Under the pieces are notes generated by a model. The model had not been told where the DNA came from. It made no database searches and saw only the letters and a list, made by a program, of their open reading frames with translations. Below are positions 28,738 through 37,604 of a stretch of DNA of 41,328 nt, piece after piece. The stretch is taken from assembly GCA_903893135.1 (NCBI GenBank), contig CAITLA010000028.1, forward strand, positions 1 through 41,328, read 5' to 3'. The position numbers and the translations under genes were made by a program. The stretch's first letter is position 1, and each line of letters opens with the position of its first letter. Origin of the DNA: an uncultured Syntrophaceae bacterium (GTDB taxonomy: Bacteria > Desulfobacterota > Syntrophia > Syntrophales > UBA2185).

Positions 28738-30396
28738 ATGGGCAATCTGTGTCTGAGATCAATCTATCTCATTCTTCTTTCCTTGGCCTTTCTCACCGTC
28801 ACATCTCACGACTCTATTGCCGAGGAGGATACGGCCCATCTTTCCTTTCAAAAGACAGCGACACTGAGTGCAAAGACACGCCCGTACGTAGTTAAGGAAG
28901 GGGAGTGGCTGTTGCAGATCATGAGAGCCCAGGCGGGAATAACGAAACACCGACTCACAGTAATAAAACAACTAAACCCTCAAATAGAAGATCTAAATAA
29001 AATTAAACCCGGCCAGGTCGTTATACTCCCCGAAATGGAACGACCCCCTGTTCCAGAGGGGGAAGAGAGCTCCCCGACAATGAATTATACGATAAGAAAA
29101 GGCGATTCCATAAGCCGGATCGCCATGCGTGAGCTAAATGTAAAGTTGCCCGAACTTAGAAAAACTGTAGATGATATTAAGCAGCTGAACCCGGATATCA
29201 GAAACTACAACATGATATATCCCGGGCAGACTTTGCAGCTGCCGCGCAGAAGCATAGTCATTACTAAACAGGAAGTCAAAGCTCAGCAAGCCGAATCATC
29301 CCCTAAAGTTGTTAAAGATGAAGCCAAGGACAAACCCATCATACTGCCACGAGCGCATCTTAATATTATAAAAGTCGTCATCAATAGAATGAATGGAGCG
29401 CTCATAACGCTTGGCAAATACTATATTCCCATTCCGGAGTTAGGGCAGGTGACGATTGACTGTTCCACAATACCTATTGTTGAGCTGGATGACGGAAGTT
29501 CGATTTTTTTGGATTTCTCCAATAGGATACCGGACACCTTGAAAAATATGATCCAGTCCAACTGGAAAAACTATCATTCGGTTGAAATATTTGGTAGTGA
29601 CGATACTGCCACAATCCTCCAAAAGATTGTTAACGCTTCCAACACGTATTCAATGACGAGAAGGACAACACCTTACACCATAGGCGCCCTCCCGCCGCTT
29701 CAGCTCTCCGTCGACTGGATAATCACGAAAAGAGCGAAAGAGAACAAACCTTACCTGCAAGGACTGTCATTTGTTTCAGATAATTCGCGGTTGTTGCCTA
29801 AGCCAATGATCCAATATGCCGAGAGAAGCGGCATGATTATGACAGAGATATTAGATGGACAGGGTGTGGCGAGCGCACCGGATGAAAAATATACTTTGCC
29901 GCAAATGTCAAATATGAACGTCAGCACTAACATTGAGCTGGTCAATTCCCTGCTTAATGAACTTGGATATCAGACAATCAGAGATTCTGAAGTCGGGGTA
30001 CTTGACGCCGCCGCAAGCGGCTTTGACCTCTCCATAAAGGCTGATTTGCTCGCAAAGAAGGGGGATAAGCAAATAATAATCGTCTCTAAGAAAATCCCAC
30101 AACAATTCGTTGACAGTTTGAGAACCCGAGGCACCGAGACCATTTCTCTCGATGCCGGAGAAACGAAAAAATCGGTTATCGAGAAAGTCCTCAAGGCTGC
30201 GAATACTCCCTTCTCATTTGTCAGCTTTTCCTTCTCGGTCCCTGAAAAGACCGATAAGCCGGCAGGCACGATCAGCTTTCCTGCCTTTAAAATAACGCGA
30301 GATAAAGGAGACTTTTATCTCATAGATTTCGATATAGACCGTGATATATATGGACTGCTCAACAATAAGTGGGAGGTGAATATCGTCAGATATTGA
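28738..30396 (+). CDS. Exported LysM-domain protein
   Basis: Signal-like N-terminus; YVVKEGE...LNP...IKPGQ and YTIRKGDS...LNP...IYPGQ. Confidence 0.85.
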   Translation: MGNLCLRSIYLILLSLAFLTVTSHDSIAEEDTAHLSFQKTATLSAKTRPYVVKEGEWLLQIMRAQAGITKHRLTVIKQLNPQIEDLNKIKPGQVVILPEMERPPVPEGEESSPTMNYTIRKGDSISRIAMRELNVKLPELRKTVDDIKQLNPDIRNYNMIYPGQTLQLPRRSIVITKQEVKAQQAESSPKVVKDEAKDKPIILPRAHLNIIKVVINRMNGALITLGKYYIPIPELGQVTIDCSTIPIVELDDGSSIFLDFSNRIPDTLKNMIQSNWKNYHSVEIFGSDDTATILQKIVNASNTYSMTRRTTPYTIGALPPLQLSVDWIITKRAKENKPYLQGLSFVSDNSRLLPKPMIQYAERSGMIMTEILDGQGVASAPDEKYTLPQMSNMNVSTNIELVNSLLNELGYQTIRDSEVGVLDAAASGFDLSIKADLLAKKGDKQIIIVSKKIPQQFVDSLRTRGTETISLDAGETKKSVIEKVLKAANTPFSFVSFSFSVPEKTDKPAGTISFPAFKITRDKGDFYLIDFDIDRDIYGLLNNKWEVNIVRY

Positions 30397-31373
30397 AAGT
30401 AAAAGGAATAGGTCTATTCTCAGGGGGACTGGACAGCATCCTTGCAGCAAAGATCATAATGGCACAGGGTGTTGAGGTTACGGGGGTTACGTGCACGACC
30501 CCCTTTTTTAGTTCTGAAAAGGCTAAAGCTGCCGCGCAAAAAATCGGGCTTTACCTTATAGAAGCGGACATTACGAAAGAACACCTTGATGTGTTAAAGT
30601 CCCCCAAATATGGATACGGAAAGAATATGAATCCATGCATCGACTGTCACACCCTTATGCTCAAAATTGCTGGCAGGATCATGGAAGACAGGAAGGCTGA
30701 TTTTATTTTTACGGGTGAGGTTCTGGGCCAGCGTCCCATGTCCCAGAACAGACAGTCTCTTTATATCGTTGCGAAAAATTCAGGCTATCAGGAGTATATT
30801 CTGAGGCCTTTGAGTGCCTTGCTTCTCCCTGAAACAAGACCGGAAATGGAAGGCAAGGTGGACCGTCAAAGGCTCCTCGCCATCAAAGGGAAAGGGAGGA
30901 AGGATCAGATTGAGATGGCAAGATACTATGGCATTGACCATTACTCCGCTCCTGCAGGGGGATGCCTGCTCACGGATCCCATGTTCTCCAAGAGACTAAG
31001 AGATCTCTTTCGGCATAGCATGGACTTCCACATACGAGACATAGAACTTCTCAAATATGGCAGACACTTTCGAATCAATGAGTTTTCCAAAGCCATTGTG
31101 GGGCGGAACAGCATCGAGAACGAGGCGCTCCAAAGACTATCTCACGAGGAGGACATCGTTATCCATATAGAACAATTTCCCGGACCGACCACTATCGTTC
31201 CTAACGGAGGCGATGAAATTACGATTCACTCCGCCGCGTCCCTGTGTGCCTTATACAGCGATGCTCCAAAAAATGAGGAAGTTACGGCCCTGTGCCGGAA
31301 AGGAAATTCCATAAGTCATATCCGGGTAAAGGCAGCAATTAGGGATGATATATGGTGCTGGTTGATTCAATGA
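30393..31373 (+). CDS. ThiI/MnmA-like PP-loop tRNA thiolation protein
   Basis: FSGGLDS, NPCIDCH, TGEVLGQRPMSQ, GGCLLTDP, IVGRN; TTG start overlaps LysM stop. Confidence 0.85.
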   Translation: MKVKGIGLFSGGLDSILAAKIIMAQGVEVTGVTCTTPFFSSEKAKAAAQKIGLYLIEADITKEHLDVLKSPKYGYGKNMNPCIDCHTLMLKIAGRIMEDRKADFIFTGEVLGQRPMSQNRQSLYIVAKNSGYQEYILRPLSALLLPETRPEMEGKVDRQRLLAIKGKGRKDQIEMARYYGIDHYSAPAGGCLLTDPMFSKRLRDLFRHSMDFHIRDIELLKYGRHFRINEFSKAIVGRNSIENEALQRLSHEEDIVIHIEQFPGPTTIVPNGGDEITIHSAASLCALYSDAPKNEEVTALCRKGNSISHIRVKAAIRDDIWCWLIQ

Positions 31374-31376
31374 AAC

Positions 31377-32897
31377 TCATGGCAGATGCTGAGGCCTCAG
31401 TAAATCATGGATTGTCTTTACGGGATTGAACGTCCCGATTGGCACTTCGACAAAAAGTGTGATCCAGAACGCCATTGAGCCATTCCACAGACCGGGAAGT
31501 TCGAGCGCTTTAAGATCCCTGCCCTTTTCGGATTTTTGTGAAATAGAATAGGCGTCGCGATTTACGAAATCATGGAGATCAAATTCGTAAGACCGGTAGT
31601 TGCGAACCCCGCAGACAAGATCGACCGGATTGAAATGCGTTGCTGATGACCAGATTGCCGTCTGTTCTGCCGATCCTGAATCTATCTGTGACTCTTCAAT
31701 AATCTGGAGAGATTGCGTTCCATCTTCCTCGTTTACCCAGAATGGACCTCCGCCTGGCTCTCCTTGATTTTTTACCATACCGCATACCCGAATGGGCCGG
31801 TTGAGTCTCTTGCAAATGAAAGAGCATTTCTCCGCAAGGGGTAAATCTTCAAACCACGGCGGCATGACAAGATGAAGCCTCTTTTCACAGAACAACTTCA
31901 GTTCCTGCAGAGTTTTTTCGTCCAGTTCAGCTTTGTCTAAGTGCCTCAGGTATCTGAATATCTCGTTCTGAAGGGAGATGAGATAGCCCCCGAGAACCTT
32001 CTTGTACAATACGGTGACCGGCTTTAACCTGTCCGGTACTATATTGTCAATATTTTTCAGATAGACTATATCTCCGCCGGTGCCGTTCAGATTATCCAGA
32101 AGGGTGCCGTGACCGCCTGGCCTGAAAACAAGCTCCCCCTTTTGATCTCGAAAAGGACGGTTATCCAAATCCACGGCAATTGTATTGGTAGATAATTTCT
32201 GCGTGGGGAGTGCAATATCAAAAGCTACACCATAGTTCCTTTCATAATCCTTTATGATCGCGGACAGGTAATCCGCCACGTCGTTTTGATGCTCCTCTGA
32301 GAGGGTGAAATGGACTCTGCATATATGGAGAGCATCTTGCGCATAGAGCGCTGCCTCCACAAGATGCTCTTCAAGGGCACTGCGGCTGCCCTCCGAATAA
32401 GCATGAAATTTCAAGAGCGCCTTAGGGAGATTGCCGTAATTCAAGCCTTTAGATGTCAAGATATAGGCCAGGATATCGCCATGTCTTTGCTCTTCCAACA
32501 TCTTTTCAAGATCTTCACCATCACGTAATATAACGTCACGCAAATCACTAAGAAACGCGCACCTTTTTAGTTCTTTGGCAAATTCTTCACTCTGTCTCGC
32601 ATCCAAACTTTCTTTTCCCAGATATATATACCAATCCCTGAACATGCGACTGGCAGCCCCGGAAGCGGGTACAAATTTCAGCACCCTTCTGCCCGTTCGT
32701 AGCTCTTCTTCATACAATGCCGCCATTTTCGCGAGATCTTCTTCCGGGAGGGTCACGATACCGTCATTAACAGTACACGGCCTGTTGAGGCTGACAGGAC
32801 AAACACCTCTCTTGAAGAGGTCGATCTGTGCCAGTACCTGTTCGCAGGTGAGCCCTTCTTTCTCAATTCGTCTTACGTCCGCTTCTGTAAAAATCAT
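31377..32897 (-). CDS. DUF4301 family protein
   Basis: FVPASGAASRMF, RPGGHG, KNIDN, GEPGGGPFW, THFNPVD, LELPGLWNG, FNPVKT. Confidence 0.88.
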   Translation of the reverse strand: MIFTEADVRRIEKEGLTCEQVLAQIDLFKRGVCPVSLNRPCTVNDGIVTLPEEDLAKMAALYEEELRTGRRVLKFVPASGAASRMFRDWYIYLGKESLDARQSEEFAKELKRCAFLSDLRDVILRDGEDLEKMLEEQRHGDILAYILTSKGLNYGNLPKALLKFHAYSEGSRSALEEHLVEAALYAQDALHICRVHFTLSEEHQNDVADYLSAIIKDYERNYGVAFDIALPTQKLSTNTIAVDLDNRPFRDQKGELVFRPGGHGTLLDNLNGTGGDIVYLKNIDNIVPDRLKPVTVLYKKVLGGYLISLQNEIFRYLRHLDKAELDEKTLQELKLFCEKRLHLVMPPWFEDLPLAEKCSFICKRLNRPIRVCGMVKNQGEPGGGPFWVNEEDGTQSLQIIEESQIDSGSAEQTAIWSSATHFNPVDLVCGVRNYRSYEFDLHDFVNRDAYSISQKSEKGRDLKALELPGLWNGSMAFWITLFVEVPIGTFNPVKTIHDLLRPQHLP

Positions 32898-33059
32898 GTT
32901 AGTTTGTAATGCGCATTTCCTTGCAGTAGGTTAGCATGAACTGGAATTTTTCAATTTCTTCCGCCAAACAAAAAAGGTGCCCCTTCCCTTCTGCCATCCA
33001 GCGCAAGAGCACCCCCCGTTAAATTCTGAAAATAGCCACTGCTTAATGCATCCCCATTG

Positions 33060-33164
33060 CTACTTCTTCTTAATCTTTTTTGCCGAGCTTTTGCGGAGCC
33101 AGCTCCTTTCCCTCAATAACCGGGAAATGTCTTTCTGTCTTCGCGTGGGTCTTTCTCTTGACAT
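33060..33164 (-). CDS. Possible 34-aa basic peptide
   Basis: Manual translation MSRERPTRRQKDISRLLRERSWLRKSSAKKIKKK*, 15 nt after the FHA gene stop; weak SD. Confidence 0.35.
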   Translation of the reverse strand: MSRERPTRRQKDISRLLRERSWLRKSSAKKIKKK

Positions 33165-33179
33165 GGTAATCTGCTTTAG

Positions 33180-33881
33180 TTATTCCTTTATGTAAAACTG
33201 CACTTTTATCCCGCCTGCTTCTACGACGTCACCATCTTTTAGATCGTATTTGTGATCAACATTCTGGCCGTTTACTTTCAGCGTTTTTCCACCCGTAGGC
33301 GTGATAAAATACCCATCCTTCCTTCTGTTGACGAGGGCGGCCACTTTGGGGGCGAAGAAGCCTTTAAGATGAATACCGGCTCCGTCTTCCTTGCCAATGG
33401 TAGTAACTCTCTCTTTGAGAAGATAATCCCTCTTTTCCGTCGATCCTTCGATAACTATGAAACCACCCAGTATCTCAGGCTTCTCCTTGTCCTGAGAGGC
33501 CAGTATTTTCTTCTGATCTTCCGCGGCAATTACGACCGTTTCATCCATCGAACGTCCCCGCACGGCAAAACCCTTTGCTTCCGTTTCTCTTTGCTTTTCC
33601 AAGATGACATCAAGAGTATGAACGCCGATCAGAACCACATCTCCGTTATGTAATTCACCTTTAGAAATTTTCTGGCCGTTGATATAAGTGCCGTTCAGGC
33701 TATTCGCATCCTCGATGAATAGAGATTGTCCCTCCTTCTTGATCCGCGCGTGATAACCAGATACGGCCTGATTATCTATGACAATATCATTATCCGCTTT
33801 TCTCCCAATTGTTATGACGTCCTGATCAAGCGGTATCTCTCTTATTGCGGCTTCTTTGAATTTGAGTAAAACCTTAGCCAT
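33180..33881 (-). CDS. FHA domain protein (one canonical and one degenerate FHA)
   Basis: IGR...VSGYHA...SLNGTYING; second repeat TIGKE...VNG...LKDGDVV. Confidence 0.92.
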   Translation of the reverse strand: MAKVLLKFKEAAIREIPLDQDVITIGRKADNDIVIDNQAVSGYHARIKKEGQSLFIEDANSLNGTYINGQKISKGELHNGDVVLIGVHTLDVILEKQRETEAKGFAVRGRSMDETVVIAAEDQKKILASQDKEKPEILGGFIVIEGSTEKRDYLLKERVTTIGKEDGAGIHLKGFFAPKVAALVNRRKDGYFITPTGGKTLKVNGQNVDHKYDLKDGDVVEAGGIKVQFYIKE

Positions 33882-33884
33882 ATA

Positions 33885-34691
33885 TCACCTCCTGAACCAT
33901 TCCTTAAAATGTAATAGAAAAGAAATCCAGCTTTTATTCCTGACATATCCCACAATAACCGTTATGTTATCCTTGCCGCCTTGTTTATTCGCCAGTTCTA
34001 CCAGCCTGTCACATACTGCCGCTGGATCTTTCGTTGACACCGCAAGAGTAAGTATATCGTCATCGGAAACCATTGAGTTGAGACCGTCCGTACATAGTAC
34101 CAGAATGTCACCGGCTGATAAAGTCAACTCACTAATATCAACTTCAACATCGGAAGCCACACCGAGGGCCCTTGTCAACAAATTTCTTATCTCAGATTTC
34201 TGGGCCTCTTCCCTCGTTAATAGCTCACGCTTCACCTGTTCATAGACTACCGAATGGTCGTCGGTCAGTTGTTCAATATCACCAGCTTTGACCAGATAAA
34301 CCCTGCTGTCACCGGCATGGGCGATGCTCAATCTATTCCCGTTGATTGCAGCTGCTGCCACCGTTGTACCCATACCCTGCCAGCCCGCATTGCTCTTTGC
34401 AGCCTCATATATCGCCTTATTGGCAAGACGCACTGAGGAGCCAATCGCCTTTGCCATTTCGGAATATTCCTCGTCGAATTTCCCGATCAGCGCCGCCCGA
34501 CCGTCTTTAAACGCCTTAAAATAATCCCTTATTACATCGACAGCCAGCTTACTCGCAATTTCTCCAGATGCATGTCCTCCCATGCCATCGGCAACCACAA
34601 GAAGACCCGCCTTGTCATCAATGTAAAAACTATCCTCGTTGTTGGTTCTGACAAGTCCTATATCTGTTCTACCGCGAGCAATAATTTCCAC
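33885..34691 (-). CDS. PP2C family Ser/Thr phosphatase (Stp1-like)
   Basis: RTNNED, VADGMGGH, GMGTT, GDSRVY, CTDGL, GGKDNIT. Confidence 0.95.
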   Translation of the reverse strand: MEIIARGRTDIGLVRTNNEDSFYIDDKAGLLVVADGMGGHASGEIASKLAVDVIRDYFKAFKDGRAALIGKFDEEYSEMAKAIGSSVRLANKAIYEAAKSNAGWQGMGTTVAAAAINGNRLSIAHAGDSRVYLVKAGDIEQLTDDHSVVYEQVKRELLTREEAQKSEIRNLLTRALGVASDVEVDISELTLSAGDILVLCTDGLNSMVSDDDILTLAVSTKDPAAVCDRLVELANKQGGKDNITVIVGYVRNKSWISFLLHFKEWFRR

Positions 34692-34712
34692 TGTTATCTC
34701 CTAAAGGACTGT

Positions 34713-37175
34713 TCATTGAGCAAGGGCACTGGCGAGTTCCCTGCCCTGCTGGTATCGCCCCTCTTTGTCTTTAGAGAGCAATCTCTCAATAATGGAAATA
34801 AAATTATCGGGTATATTCGGCGCCAGATCCTTAAGCGGCGTGTGTGTCGAGTTCGTTATATTAAACATGAGGGTAGTGATATTGTCCCCCTGAAACGGCT
34901 TTTCACCAGTGAGCAGCTCATAGAATACTACACCCAGTGAAAAAAGGTCCGATCTACCATCTACATGGTGACCCACAATCTGTTCCGGCGACATATAGCT
35001 CGGTGTTCCAATAACTGCGCCCGTCTTGGTACTTGAAGAGGTCATAACCCTGGCAATTCCGAAATCAGTAACTTTAACCTCCCCGTTTTTCAAAATCATG
35101 ACGTTTGCAGGTTTGATATCCCTGTGGACGACACCGCTCTCATGGGCATAATCAAGGGCCTGAGCAACTGATGAGATAATCTTCGTTACTTCGTTAAGAG
35201 GCAACAAATTCTCCTTCTGGCAATATTTGGTAAGGTCGCTGCCGTCAAGAAGTTCCATAGCCATGTATGCAAGGTCGTAATCCTCGCCGACGTCATAAAT
35301 AGTAACAATATTAGGATGAGAAAGTTTGCCCGCAGCCTCAGCTTCCCTGAAGAACCTCTTCTTCACTTCCGCAAGCTGCTCCTCATCGACCCCTTCATAT
35401 CGCAGTGTCTTGATTGCCACTTCCCTGTTGATCTTGGGGTCTTGACCCAGGTATACAATTCCCATAGCTCCGCGGCCCAGTTCCTTTTTAATCTCGTAGC
35501 GCCCGAGAGTAGGCTTGGTCTCCGCGCCGTCCATAAGTAACGTTGTATCTTTTTTAGCGCCTCCAAGGCCGAATATCATTGTATCCCCTGCAACCTTAAG
35601 CTTCTTCGTCCGCTCCTCAATGTCCTTAAATTTTCCCGCCTGCGCAATATGTTCGTAGACGGCTACGGCTTTGTTAAACATCCGCTTTCTCTCAAAATCA
35701 AGGCCCAAGTTATACAGCAACTCCTTAACCGATTTATCCTCAACAGGACATTTACAGAACTTTTCGAAGGCCAAATCGAGCATGCCCTGTCCCTGGAATG
35801 AAAGTCCCAGCATCTTATTGGTTTCGTAACTGTCTGCCTCGATGCGCTCCTTTGCCTCTTCCGTAAAAAAGTATCCCTTGGTAACCACCAACGTATAGCC
35901 GATCAGGAGAAGGAGGGACGGATGAACAAGTTTGACCCAGTATCTATAATTTATCAGAAGATACATCCCCGCGCCGATCCATATTAACAGGATGATCAAC
36001 GATGCAATGGCACTGATCCTGATCTTCAGCCTGGGTATAATCAATGCCAGAAACAAACCGAAGAAAACGGTAACCCCTATTTCCAAAGGGAATGCCCAAG
36101 CCGGGCGCATGATATAATCACCTGAGAGGATATTGTCGGCGACATTGGCAATGATGCCCCAGGATGGAACATTAGGTCCAATAGGCGTAACCTGCAAAGC
36201 GCCAAGTCCGATTGCGCTCTGGGCAATGATAACAATTTTATCCTTGAATGCCTCCGGAGGCGCTTTGTTACTGACCACATCATAGAAAGAGAAATAAGGA
36301 AAGCTCTTACTGAAACCTACGAGCATCTCACCTTTGTCAGAGGTGGCGATGTTGTTGTTTCCAAAATTCACTCCACCAGCGATACTCACATCTCTTATAT
36401 CGTAGTTCAAATATTTCAAGGATAGTTGAAGTCCGAGCGACGGGTATGCCCGTCCTTCGTAATATACAACGAGAGGTTCACTTCTCACCGTTCCATCAGC
36501 ATCGGGAACAACGTTAATGTGCCCAAGAGCTAACGCTTTCATCGCAAAATCGGGAATTGGCGGGACAATCTGCCTTGCCGCTATGCTTCCCTCCTGTGTC
36601 GCTACCGGTACAGAATTCTGTTTCAAATAGTCCGGAATTTCAGGCCCTTTGCTGTCGATTGAACTGCCCAGGATGAAAACCATGGGCAATACAACTTTCT
36701 TACTCTCTCCGATGGCTGCCCCAAGTATTGCATCATTGTCCAGTTTCTTCTCTGTTTCTTTCAGCGAGGTGTAGATGCCGCTAACCTGCACATTTTTCAG
36801 CACGCCAGCATTACTCTCTATATTCTTGAGAATATCGCGTACCTCAGTTAGCCCTTGGTTCATATCGCTTTCAGAATATATGATATTTACCCCTATTACT
36901 TTTGTTTCACACCTGTTGAGGAATTCTATCATGCGTGCTATATGACCACGCGGCCACGGCCATCTGCCAATATTGGCGATACTCTCATCATCTATTGCTA
37001 CAATCACAATGGGGGAATTAGAGGCCTTCTCCTTCAAATTGGAAACTGTGTCATAAACCTTGTATTCTAAATATTTCGTCGGCATCCATTCAAAACAGAA
37101 GGCAGCGATCGTCAAGGCTGTCAGAATTGCCCCGATCATAATATCTGAAATGACTGATCCAATTAACTTGTTCAT
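34713..37175 (-). CDS. CHASE2 sensor-Hanks Ser/Thr protein kinase
   Basis: IDDESIANIGRWPWPR, PDADGTVR, three TMs, GRGAMG, VAIK, HRDIKPAN, DFG, GTPSYMSPE; start 37175 preferred over 37226. Confidence 0.93.
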   Translation of the reverse strand: MNKLIGSVISDIMIGAILTALTIAAFCFEWMPTKYLEYKVYDTVSNLKEKASNSPIVIVAIDDESIANIGRWPWPRGHIARMIEFLNRCETKVIGVNIIYSESDMNQGLTEVRDILKNIESNAGVLKNVQVSGIYTSLKETEKKLDNDAILGAAIGESKKVVLPMVFILGSSIDSKGPEIPDYLKQNSVPVATQEGSIAARQIVPPIPDFAMKALALGHINVVPDADGTVRSEPLVVYYEGRAYPSLGLQLSLKYLNYDIRDVSIAGGVNFGNNNIATSDKGEMLVGFSKSFPYFSFYDVVSNKAPPEAFKDKIVIIAQSAIGLGALQVTPIGPNVPSWGIIANVADNILSGDYIMRPAWAFPLEIGVTVFFGLFLALIIPRLKIRISAIASLIILLIWIGAGMYLLINYRYWVKLVHPSLLLLIGYTLVVTKGYFFTEEAKERIEADSYETNKMLGLSFQGQGMLDLAFEKFCKCPVEDKSVKELLYNLGLDFERKRMFNKAVAVYEHIAQAGKFKDIEERTKKLKVAGDTMIFGLGGAKKDTTLLMDGAETKPTLGRYEIKKELGRGAMGIVYLGQDPKINREVAIKTLRYEGVDEEQLAEVKKRFFREAEAAGKLSHPNIVTIYDVGEDYDLAYMAMELLDGSDLTKYCQKENLLPLNEVTKIISSVAQALDYAHESGVVHRDIKPANVMILKNGEVKVTDFGIARVMTSSSTKTGAVIGTPSYMSPEQIVGHHVDGRSDLFSLGVVFYELLTGEKPFQGDNITTLMFNITNSTHTPLKDLAPNIPDNFISIIERLLSKDKEGRYQQGRELASALAQ

Positions 37176-37604
37176 TTTTTCCCTAATTTTTGTCGTATAA
37201 AGGCAGGAGAAGATACGCCTCGGCACTCACCCATTCTTGATGGTTTGCCATCAATACCCTCAAAAAATTAAATACAGTATATCATATTTTTTATAAGAGT
37301 ATCGGGCAAATTCCAGAAAATATTTCCACAGGTGAAAAATTTCTCATACTTAATCTTGCATATCATGAAAAAATCCCGTTCCCGGGCTTTGAAACTTTTT
37401 TGCTGCCGTAGAGAGCAACCCTTGCATCAACAATAACCGCATGCAATATTAGTATCTTGAACCGGTAAATCCGTCATTCTGTGATTGTGCTGTCGCTTTT
37501 TGCACTGTCCATTTCTATAGTGACGCGCATGCCCCGCTAAGCATGCTCTGGCGTGTGGGTAGACCAAACTGCCATACTTAGTTTTCACGCAATGGAAGAC
37601 TGGC

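Noticed and set aside
37237-37254. TTGATGG-TTTG-CCATCAA as an FNR box
   Set aside because: Spacing is N8, not N4; only a small palindrome.
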